From: Basidiobolus meristosporus CBS 931.73
Lineage: Eukaryota; Fungi; Basidiobolomycota
DNA length: 64,000 nucleotides
Reading direction: 5' to 3'
Assembly: GCA_002104905.1 (NCBI GenBank)
Contig: MCFE01000059.1
Location: 124,001 to 188,000, forward strand
The notes below the pieces were generated by a model. That model ran no database searches, had not been told where the DNA came from, and saw only the letters and a program-made list of their open reading frames with translations. A program made the translations under genes and the position numbers. Shown here in pieces: positions 50,767 to 62,186 of this stretch (within the stretch, counting starts at the first letter, position 1; the number at the start of each line of letters is the position of its first letter).

Positions 50767-53654
50767 TCAATAGGAATTTTTTAAACGATGGTTTTCCTCC
50801 CGTAATTGCTCCAGTTCTTCTTCCATTTTCTGGGTTTGGCTTGCTTGGCTTTCAAGCCAGTCTTCACGCATTTCCTCCTGATTAAACTGGTTAGATATCC
50901 AAGAGCTCCGCCGAGAAAGTCTTTCGCACAATAATGCAAGATTCTTACCTGCTGAATAAACATTTGCCGGACCATTTCCAATTGCATGGCTCTAATTTCT
51001 TCTCGAATTGAGGCTTGAACCTCACTAACATAATCTCTGAGGCACTCTTGCACCACTTGCTGAACCACCTGGACCTGAGTTTCTGAGAAATGCCCTGCCA
51101 TATCTCCAGCATCCCGATGCAGCATATGGTCATTGATTCTGGATGATATTCCTAACGAATCGGCTCCTGGTGTACTAGCTTGGGCCAGTAAGCCCCGTCC
51201 GTTCGGTTTGGGGGTTCCATTAGAAGTAATGCGAGAATGGGTCGTATGATGCCGGATAGCGCCACTTGGGGTCTGAATGAAGAATCGTTAGTATCGGAAG
51301 TCTGTGAAAATCACTAAGGTGGCGACGAAATCATACCTCTCCCGAGTACAATTTAGTAGGCGAATACGGGCTTTTCAGGTTGCTTGAAGCAACGCTACCT
51401 AGAGTTCTTGGGGAATTCGTCAAGCCAATGGGGGTGCTGTACAACACATCTGTATGTCGTGAAGTATTTGTGGGCGTAATAGGCCCACCGGTGACGGACA
51501 AACTTCGTTGGCGAACCTCCTCTCTATCCTGGCTAGGTATCTCCGGATTTACACTGCTACCAGTCACAATCATTGATTTTGGTCGAGTAGCATGACGGCT
51601 ACCAATGCTACGCGTAGAAGGAGTGTTCGTGTTAGGAGATATAAGTGACTCTAGTACACAGGCGTTAGACTTGAAAAGGGATGTCTGACTATCGTTTGTA
51701 GCAAAAGGAATACCTAGTTGCTGTTTACCTCGGATAGGGGAGTATCCGATGGTGCTATCTAAAGTGAATCGTCGCGTATCAGGGGAAATTGATTCGTCCG
51801 CTGAACAATATATCAATAAACGGATCTGATCACACGGACTTGGACAAGGATATACATACCCAACCGATAGGTTGGCTTTGTTTGGAACTTGGACTCCTCT
51901 ATCGATGAATCAAGATCCTCAGCGCCAGGCAAAGTTGGGCCGGTTCGATGATGCGCTATATAGAAGCATTAACCTCAAACCAAACAGAGATCTTGCTATC
52001 ATACAAATGAGACGTCTGTATCTTACGTTCATGAAGCAGTGATGGCGAGCTAAAATCTACGCTTGGCGAGCTAAATAGCGGGCTATTGGGCGAATTTACC
52101 CCAGGCATACTGAATCGCGCTGTGTTGCCAGCGATCCGAGCAATACCAGGGTTTCGTTTGGCACGAGGAGTTTTCACCGGAGCGCCGGTCTAGCAGTGAG
52201 GTTAATACATAAATAAGGGCATTTCAAATGGCTGATTACCGTACGTACTTGATATAGAACGGTCCGAACTCGCTCCCCTTCGATTTGTGTTGTTTTAATA
52301 GGCTCCTTTAAATCCAATTTGTAGGCAAATATTACACCTGAGGGAACGATGCGGGAAAAAACGCTTAATCTCAAGCTTCGAGTTGACCTCTGATAAGGAG
52401 TTACCTTGATTCGTCCCCACAATGAATATTGGGGATTCTGCCGTGCAAGCCAAAGCGGTTAGAGGGGCCGAAGCGGTCCATGTACGAACAGCCCTTTTTC
52501 GCGCGTTACAAAGAGTAATTAGGCCTTTGCCGAATGCTTTGACAATGTCGAATCCCAATGTGATAATTACCTTTTGCGATCCACGTCAAAAACGAAGATC
52601 TTTCTATCTAAACCAACTGAGCACAGCATCATATGATTGAAGGGAGAAAACTGCAATCCAGTAATAGGCGCATGATGTGCGTTCCGCTCAACATGGACTG
52701 TACGCGGAAGCTCTTGAGTGTTCCAGAAGTAGATGTGTCCGTCATCGCCGGCAGCCACCAAGTGGGAACGTTTGGTCGAAAACTCAAGATGAACAAGCCG
52801 CTAAATATGGCTCAGTTAGCTTGGTCCACAGCTCGTGGCATATTAATACACTTTACTTCTGAGGCGTCATGAATCAATTTAGTAGCAGTGTTCTTCATAA
52901 GATTGTGTAGATAGAGAACATTGTCAGCATCTAATGAAGCTAGGAAGCTATCATCGCTATTAATAGCAATAGCTGCAATTGGCCCATTATGCTCTTGCTA
53001 AAAAACCATTAGATTTCCTTCTGGGTGAAAAGGGAAGCTGCGTAAATACCTCCACTCGATCGACAAATTCTCGAGTATTGCAATCCAAGCATCGAAGGAC
53101 GCCGGCGCTTCCACCTATCCAGAGTCGACCAGAACGTGGAGCAAATCGAATTGCTTGTACATTTTCTTGCAACTGGACTTAAAGGTGAGTGCTAGAGATA
53201 AAGTACCAAGAATGTCATTTCACGTACACGTTGTTTGTCCCATAGATCCCATAAAACATATCCATCATTATCTTGATGGTACAGAGAGATAGAATGCTGC
53301 ACATCCAAAATAGCAAGCATAGAGTCTGTTAAATTGAAGGGTTGAGGAAAACATTCAATCGAAGTGCAGTGCATGTCAACTATATATCATCATGGGCGGC
53401 AACTCAAAAAAGATACTCTCAGGATTCCAGCAAACCATAACTGCCTCTGCTTGCAACGGTACAGAGTTGGTTAGGTCCATCTCAGACGCTCTGTTCCACC
53501 AAGTGATATCGGTCTTGGAACCCGTTTCAGGAATAGCCAAGCTGTAAGTGATCAGAGATTTCGAACCGACAAGCAAGGTTCCGCGAGTTAGGGAACTTGT
53601 ACCATTAGCAACACCCATACTGGGAGTATTGGTGTTGGAGGGAATTCTAGACAT
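50767..53654 (-). CDS. NEDD1: NEDD1/GCP-WD-like gamma-tubulin ring complex targeting factor (WD40 propeller plus C-terminal helix)
   Basis: Multi-exon WD40 region: AAGDDGHIYFWN, AHHAPITGLQFSPFNHMMLCSVGLDRKIFVFD, TWTASAPLTALA. A Ser/Pro-rich linker follows. The C-terminal FSETQVQVVQQVVQECL..EIRAMQLEMVRQMFIQQ..LREENHRLK matches the NEDD1 gamma-tubulin-binding helix pattern. Start is tentative. Confidence 0.78.
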
Positions 53655-55847
53655 ATTCCTAGTACTGTTATTGGAAAAGCGCTTTGACAATCAATCGAGG
53701 TAATGTTTCCACAAAATTGCTTTAGTAGGCGGTAATATTTAAAGGATTCTATGTCTACACGGGTAGATATATGAAAATTGAAGTAGCACCCAAGTAAAAT
53801 GCAAGAATAAATAAGTTGGATTGTCAAGGAAACGCAACAAAAGCCAAGTGAATACTATTCAAAATACAACCAATATGTTTGTATTGCCCAACCTCTGACC
53901 TGATATTCATCAAATGCTTGGATTCCTATTTACTTGGATTTCCCAAGCAGATTTCTCGTTTGTATTCTCCAATAATACATCCTATTTAGTGCCTAAACGT
54001 ATTCTATTTTTTTCTCGTTTGTTTTGATAATAAAATTCTTTGCCTTATAGTTAAATTGCCTAGATCTAATTAATGAAAGGTTACCTAAACTATGCGAGTG
54101 TCACGTGCGCCTGAACTCATCAAGGGTAACCCTACCCATCATGTTAATGCTCTTATTTATTGCTAAAATTTCCAACAACAGCGTATGGTGCACTTTTTGC
54201 GAACTGGGCGTATTCGTGAACTCAGCTTCAATATAGGTCTGGAAGGGTTGTGAAAAAGTTTGAGATTCAGCGAGGTCTTTTCATTAATATACTAATGCAC
54301 ACCTCCATGACCTGGTCAGCTTGTTGTGTATTATTGACTCAAGGAGTGCATTGGTTTGGAAAGCAAGGTGCGCGATATTCAGTCGAAATGGCTGGCTAGA
54401 GAATATACAAAATTACATCTTCTTGAGCAAGGTTTCGGCATTCTTGTTTGCATATCGATAGGCTATCGATGGAAAGACGAATTGGCAGGCGAACTTGACA
54501 TCATGCAGCCGGATAACTTTTCTTTTGGAGCCTGTTATCAGGCTATACGTCTCTAAATACAGCCCTTTAGAATTGAAAAATCGTCATGCAAATAAGGAGA
54601 ATAGAAACCATTCATTATTTTCCAGAGCAAGTCGTCGCACATACATTCCAGGATACACATGGCAGGCGTAGATATCTCAATCCGTTTATGAAAACTGTTT
54701 AAAACTCTATTGAGAGTATTCAATGACCCTATTCAACTAATAACCAAACTAGCTACTTATTTACGTAAAGATATGAGGATGGAAGTATATTTCCTCCCCA
54801 TTTTCCTTATTTTTCCATAACATATGGTGGATAAGCTTGTCGTATAATGGTTCATATCCCCCTTCCTCGATAGCCTTGTAAGAGTTGAGGGTAGAGCTCC
54901 TGTAACATTTGTTGAGTTCAAGGTGCGGGAAATACAACTATTGTAGGTAAATACCCGGTTTGATATACATTTGAGAAGCATCTGTCTGGGCTAAAACGTG
55001 CCATACTTCATGTCAGTGTTTGCAAGGGCTTGAACGGATAATGTAACAAGTATTTAAGCCGGAGGGGGTGTTGAATCATCACGTTCTCTATGAAACACAT
55101 CTCACTAAGCAATAGCTAATCAACTTTACCATCATTGTCGAAGCTGCATCCCCATGATATGAGGGATTGGGGCCACAAATCAACTGCGACACTCATTACG
55201 TGTGAGAAGCCCAGGATTAACTCATATTCCAGTGATGATTGTGATTGTGGAAAGACGCCATACAACCTTCCCCTCGCTGAGTACGCAAATGTGACCAAAA
55301 CCCCACAGACCAGAATGAGTTGGATAGTATCATTCTGTCCACCTCTGATGCGTATTCTCACGCTGAATCATTGAATATATCCAAGTTCAGCTACCGATGA
55401 CATTAATGACTGTGGTGGAGGGAACACTCATCAGCAGCACCTGGATGCTACTTTGTATACGCAGAAGTGAAGCTACGAGCATGACAATGCCCCCAAATCA
55501 GATGATCCAATGTACCATTTTATAGAGGATACGTCAGCCTCCTCACTTAAATTAACATTGACATGTATTGTGGATTTTATACAGGCCTCTATTACAAATC
55601 GATGGACATGGTCGATATCCTGGCGAGTTTGCCTTCATGGATGATACGGCCTGGCCTTACCAATATCACAATCTATTATTCTCCAACAATAACTGGGGTT
55701 AAAAATAAGTCATACATCAGTGGTTGTGATTAATGAATGTTCATCATTGTAATCAATCAATCCAACGTGTCAGATATCGCTCATTCTAGTATATAAAACA
55801 GTCCACTGTTGGGGTTTGCTCATCAGCATTCCACATTCCAAATCATT

Positions 55848-56371
55848 ATGAAGGCCCAAAGCGTATACTTGTGTGTACTACTGTTGTGCATTTCCAATAC
55901 TTGCCTGGTTCAAGGTATGTTCTTAGTATCTGATTTTTTGTGCAGGAACGAAACGGTTAACCCCGTAGCTAAGCTCAATCAAGCACCTCGCAGCCTCCAG
56001 CCGAATCTCCGAGCAACAACAAAGAAATCACTAAAGTAATTGAAAGCACATCCATACAATCATCGCAAGGTGCGCAACAAACTCAAGGGAGCATGAACCA
56101 AGGAGGCCCTCAGAATCCACGGAATACAGGGAGTGGAGCCACCCCGACTGGCACGGGAGCAGGCCAAAATCAAACTATAACAAGTACCCAGTCATCCAAC
56201 AACTCGGCGACAGCAACAACACGACCACCCATTGATTATCCTACACCATCAACACATGCAACTGCCTATTTCCCAAATGTGTACAAAAACCCTAACCAGG
56301 GAAATACTCTATATAGTGCAGAATTAACGGCGATTTCTCTTATAATAGGGGTATTTCATTTTATGTGCTGA
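55848..56371 (+). CDS. Small secreted Ser/Thr/Gln-rich protein with GPI-signal-like C-terminus
   Basis: Exon 1 (signal peptide MKAQSVYLCVLLLCISNTCLVQ) is spliced at GTATGT..TAAG to a long exon AQSSTSQPPAESPS..NQGNTLYSAELTAISLIIGVFHFMC. TATAAA lies at ~55791. Confidence 0.7.
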
Positions 56372-56900
56372 ATCCTAAATCACCATGCGGACATACAATC
56401 ATTATAGCATATCCTACACAATACAACGCTGCATGTACCTAAACCGCCATTGTCAAATTGGCTAGATAATTGATTGACTAAGCAATCAATAAATCGAGGT
56501 TAGCCCTTTAATCAGTGAATACACGGTCAATAATGAATCAACTGGAATTTTCCAAGGCTTGGCTGGTGGCACCCATCATGGTACGCTTGTGCATAATGGA
56601 CATAACAATGAGCACGAACATATACCAGCATATGAGAAAACATATTTCTAGAAGAGTAGTACCAAGTATTTATTACCATTAGTATTATCCCAAACTCACA
56701 GCTTATTTCTGCTATATCTCTGCGACACTGCTGTAGCATTCCTCTGAGAGTTTACAGGTGTTTTAGGAGGCACTAAGTCCGCCATAGCTTTGAAGGGTTG
56801 AATTGTATCCTGTTAGCTCTAGCCTACCTGGACACTATTTTCCTTTTATGTATATCCTCCGACCTCCAATGAAAGTGCATACACACTAATGATTTAATCA

Positions 56901-58841
56901 ATCAGATAACCCAGCAAAAGTCAAGGTACTGCTACTCAGATATAATACCGTAATTAGCTTGACTTGTAGAATTTTTCACACAGTATGGTAGCATCTGAAA
57001 ACCTCAGACAAATGGTATATGCGCAGGGCTCAGTGCAAAAGTGTTACTCTGATTGAGAATAGGAAGTGCTCCAAGTCTAATTGATGATGAGGCCTACCTA
57101 TGATACTATGTGGTGAAGGGTTAGCTGTGCATTTATCTATGCAGACCATCTCTACGATATAGCTGGGATATAATTAAGCACATCTTTATATATCATAGAC
57201 CTATTTTGTGGAGAGTTTGTGGTATATACTACTGATTCATATCCTATCTGTCACATGGAGTCTTATCATTCATCTTGTGTACCAGAGCGAAAAATCCCCG
57301 CATCATTTTGCTTACCATTGATATGATATGATCCAAGATTACTTCGCATTTCGGTAGTGAGGAACTGCCACAAGCCGAGCCAGAATATTCAATACTTTTC
57401 TATACGACCATTTTCGTCAAAATGCCTATTCTTGCTGGAGTGAATGTCTGGAATCCCAATGAGATCAACATGGATCACTGATATCCGGTCATATTTCGGC
57501 ACTCCTGGAATGCTGAAAACCACTTCGGTGTAGCCGCCAATCTGATAAAACCTATTATAACGATACAGTTGGAATTGTAAATATCGATTTCTCACAATGT
57601 TACATCATGTGTCCTTTTGGAATTTCCAATAGAATTAAACTTCTCCTTTATAATCAGTTGATCATTTCATCATGGTTGTGCGTGATCACATCTTTTTCCA
57701 ACGAGCACAATCTATTAGTTGGTTTAACATTTTATATTAGTTGACTTTGAATAGCGTAGTAGCACCCAATTACATCGGGAAAAATATAGCGTCTTGGAAA
57801 CCATCCTGACTGGAAACCCTGGATAGGGAAATCTTTTCTGATTATGCTTTACAAAAATACCTTCCAGCCCAATCGTTTTTTTCTGTGGCAACCTTCTAAT
57901 TCATTAACACTATTGATCCCTCATTCATTAGTCTCGACTTCGTTGTTCTTTTTATAAATAGATCAGATTGAGTAAAAGAATCAAGTTTTTCACATATCAG
58001 ATCTTTCCCGAATGTTATTACAAGGGATCCATATTTATATTATTCTTTGATATATTTCTATAGAATCAACCCCGCGTAATTCCTCCATGGAAAATTCACA
58101 CCGTCAATTTATCCTAACCAACAGCTGACCAAGAATCTTGACACCAGGAAGCCTACTTCAATCAATGAAAGTTTTACAGTATATCAGTTGGGTATTGTCC
58201 ATGGGCTTAGAACGATCTATGAGTTGTGACTACAGGTATTTTTATTGACGGCTTACTATATCAATCATGAATTCATACCTTTATATCACTTCTCAGTTAT
58301 CAGATCTCAAATCACCCCATATATTAGACTCTAGAAGAAATACCCAGAGGAGATAAAAGCCTTGTATTACGGTGAACACCATTAGTTAATGCAAAGGTAT
58401 ACGAAAATATTTTCAGGTCTATTTATGGTAATTACAATGTCAAAAGTTCGCACAGATTGTAACTAATGGTGATATGGTTTATAAAGAGCTATTTTGCATT
58501 TCATGCTTCGCTAATGAAAAGTAAACTAGATGAGGCGGAGCCCTAAACCATACAATATTGAAGGCTTCTAGATCGCTTTTTTGTAATTATATCGTGAAGT
58601 CCTACAACATCAAATTTGATTGCAGTACTTATCAGATTGGATGTAAGAAAGAATATATCTGATTGGCGAGTTACTATATAACATTCAGTTACTACAATCA
58701 GATAACATCCACCTCACCATGCTATCTGATTCACATTCAGCAAAGATCTGATTAATGGAAATATTTTTATTGGATGAACATTCCGTGAATGAAGCTTGTA
58801 AAACATATTCAACGAATTATAACCTTTAGAATTTATCAGAT
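56901..58841. promoter_or_regulatory. Cluster of ATCWGATAA iron-responsive GATA-factor (SreA/Fep1/Sfu1-type) sites upstream of the heme oxygenase
   Basis: Exact matches: 56901-56909 (+), 57540-57548 (+), 58297-58305 (-), 58629-58637 (-), 58697-58705 (+), 58833-58841 (-). ATCWGATAT variants at 57994-58002 (-) and 58655-58663 (-); an ATCAGATAG variant at 58722-58730 (-). Confidence 0.75.
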
Positions 58842-59240
58842 GAACCGTGTTAGGAATTTCTCGTGTTGATGGATACAAGTAGGTTTAATCAATTTTAGTA
58901 CAGAAAGTGAGACCATACATTTCTTAAGATTTCAATTTTTCCTGTATAAGCGGAGAAGCAACACACGTTTTCAACGGATTCCTATTGTAGTACAGATTCC
59001 CTTTAATATCAATTGACTCATATTACTTGCAAATCAACCCAGTTGGAGCATCTCAATAGCAAAAAATACATATTTTTGAGTAATTCGCATTTTTGGCGCC
59101 AATAGGCTCCTTCTAGTTTGGGAGAGAAAAAGTATTTAAAGATGATGAGTTGCGACAAATGTACTTTCATTTGATAAAGCATCTCTGATCTAATCCGAAT
59201 AACCGCCCATTAACAATCAAAACCAAACTCATAATAAATC

Positions 59241-62186
59241 ATGGCTCCGAAAGAGGTTGAAGGACTGGTAAACACTTATGAAGATCCTGCTCAATGCCCC
59301 GCATTTCAAAACGGCTGTCCTTATGCAGGCCTCTCCGTTGAGCTAGCTAATGTCAAGGCAACTGAACAATGGTAAGTAAAGCTGACTACACTTTCTATTT
59401 ACGATGCTTACTAAAAGCACCGTTCCATTCTTTTGTTGATTCACATAGCCCCGCTTTCAAAGATGGTAAGGAAAATTAGCACCTCACATGAATGTCACAC
59501 AAATTAACACGAAGTTAGGCTGCCCCTTCACCAACAAAAGTCCTGAAGAGATCAAAGAATTGTTGGAATCAATCCCTAAATCCCACAAACAGTGCCCTGC
59601 TTTTACTTCTGAAGGTATTGATTATGCGACAGCCTTGAGCTAACCTCAATCATTAATGCTTTTTAAATATTAATTAGGTCAAGTGAAGCTTAACGTATGC
59701 ACCGAGGGAAGCTCGTTGTTTGAGGCTTTGAGAGAGTTGAGAACTGATCTCTTCTTACAAGAAGGTTAGTCATCATGAAGGGCTAGCGGGAATACATTTG
59801 TAAGCTTGTTAACACATAAATCTACATTAATAGATGCAGTGATCTTGGCAGAGGAATTGAAGAAGGGTACCCACTCTGTCCACAGACTCGCCGAGCGTTC
59901 GGCTTTCATCAAGTATGCATGGCCCGAATGCTTATTTTGTCTTGGCCTGGTACTAACGCTATAAATAGGCGCTATATGAAAGCCGAGATTGACAGAGAAA
60001 CCTACAAGAAGTTCTTGGTATCCCTATACTTTGTCTATTCGTAGGTGTTACCATGCCAGGAGATGAACATAGAGTGTCAATTAACATCATTTAATATAGC
60101 GCATTGGAGGAAGCGCTTCAGAATTGCGCCGGAAACCCATGCGTATCATTGGTTCATTTCCCAAAGGAATTGGAGAGAAAGGGCTCCTTGATAGCAGGTA
60201 ATTTCTAATCCTAAATCGTATTGAAAGATAGTATTAATACGGGGATCTCTAGATCTGAAATATTTTGGTGTTGAGTCATTGCAAGATCTCAAACCATCAC
60301 CTGCTGTCCAAAAGTATTGTTCCGCCATCAGTGACGCAGCACAGAGCAACCCCGCTCTATTAATTGCCCACAGCTACACCAGATATCTTGGTGATCTCTC
60401 AGGTGGCCAGATCCTATCCAAAAGAATTCAGAAGTCCTTGGCCTTGCCTGGGAACGAGGGAACTAAATTCTATAGCTTCGAACATATCAAGGATCATAAA
60501 GAGTTCAAAGAACTCTATCGTAGCAGATTGAATCAAGTTCATGCTGATAAGACTTTGAAAGGTGAGTGAGCCCCACAGAAATACGTGACCACGCTTATGC
60601 TGATCCCCTGCAATTTAGATCAAATCGTTCAAGAGGCAATTCGTTCTTTTGAATTGAACATCAATATGTTTGCTGAATTCGATCATGTGGTGACTAACCC
60701 TGTCGTAAATGGTATTCACATTTCTAATGAGCATATCGAGTTAAAATGGGCCCTAATTTGTTTCACTATAGATCAGGTTTCTCTTGCGAAGTTGATGCGA
60801 GAGGGTACACACAAGGTCCATCGCCTTGCTGAGAGCTCTCCTTTCATCAAGCAATACATGCGTGGCCATGTAACTGCCGAAGTCTACGGCCGGTTTTTGG
60901 TTTCACTGTATCATGTTTATCAGGCTTTGGAAGAGGAGCTTACACGACATGCATCTGTCGAACCGGTTGCATTAATTCATTTCCCCAACGAGTTGAATAG
61001 AACTGAGGCACTCATCAAAGATTTGCAATTCTACAACGGCTCTGATTGGGCATCCAAATTGGATGTCACTCCCGCGACCCGCCGCTATGTTGAAGGGATT
61101 CGTGATGCATCTGAGCGTAATCCCGCTCTACTTATCGCTCATAGTTATACTCGTTACTTGGGGGATTTGTCAGGTGGTCAAATCCTGGGCAAGAAGACTC
61201 AAAAATCCCTTAATTTGCCACTTGATAACACCGGTATCCAATTCTATACATTCAGTAATATTGAAGACCTGAACGCTTTCAAGAACATGTATCGCGAAAG
61301 ACTGGATATGGTTGAGTCGGACGAGAGCTTAAGAAATGCCATCATTGCAGAGTGCATTCGCTCGTTTGAATACAACATTGGAATATTTTCGGAGTTCGAT
61401 CATACCGTCAAGGAAGAGTCTGAGGAGGAAAAAGGTCTCGCCACTGCTTTGAAACAGGGTACAATGGCTGTTCACAGATTGGCCGAGAACTGTGATTTCA
61501 TAAAGCGTTACATGAAGGGTGAAGTTGATACGGAATCTTATGGGAAATTCCTTTTCTCCCTATACCATGTATATAAGACATTGGAAGAAGAACTACGTAA
61601 GAACGCGCTCAACGAACACATTTCCTTGATCCATTTCCCTGAGGAGCTTGAAAGAACTCCTGCCATCATTCAGGACTTGGAGCATTTCCATGGACCAAAC
61701 TGGAAAGCAAATAGCATCCCAAGCCCAGCAACTCAGGCCTATATGGATGCTATAAAAAAGCTTAGTGCTACAGACCCCGTTTTGTTGGTTGCACATAGCT
61801 ATACGCGCTATCTTGGAGATCTTTCAGGTGGCCAAATACTCCTCAAGAAGATCCAAAAAAGCCTGAATTTGCCAGATGACGCTGGCACCCGATTCTATAG
61901 ATTCCCAAGAGTTAACAATATGAACGACTTCAAGAATTTCTACCGAGAGAGATTGAATGCCATATCCGTAGACCAAAGAACAAAGAATGCTTTGGTTTCT
62001 GAGGCTGGCCGGGCATTTGAGTTGAATATTGGAATCTTTTCTGAGCTTGACCAAGTTCAAGAGTCAAAGAGCAAATCGAGGATGGAATTAGGAAACGTTG
62101 TTCTTGTTCTTGCCTGGATTGTCCTTATTATATCGTATCTGTACAAATTTGGTTACTTGAGCAATTTGACATCGTCTGCCTTTTAG
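59241..62186 (+). CDS. HMX1: Heme oxygenase with three tandem HO domains, N-terminal Cys-Pro repeats and C-terminal TM anchor (~798 aa)
   Basis: Exons 59241-59371, 59449-59465, 59519-59614, 59678-59764, 59834-59912, 59969-60040, 60100-60197, 60253-60561, 60619-60711, 60772-62186 sum to 2397 nt (798 aa plus stop); all introns GT-AG. Three copies each of VHRLAE, HFP.EL.R, AHSYTRYLGDLSGGQIL and FK..YR.RL. Confidence 0.93.

Noticed and set aside
55848-56371. GPI-like protein as a heme-capture partner (Rbt5/CFEM-like) of the adjacent heme oxygenase
   Set aside because: The mature region has no CFEM cysteine pattern, and the GATA boxes lie downstream of this gene.
57389-58860. Possible degraded minus-strand gene (IPNTVHL resembling a GT32 start) in the HO upstream region
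   Set aside because: Frames are closed by many stops and no DXD core is present; the region is better explained as an AT-rich promoter.
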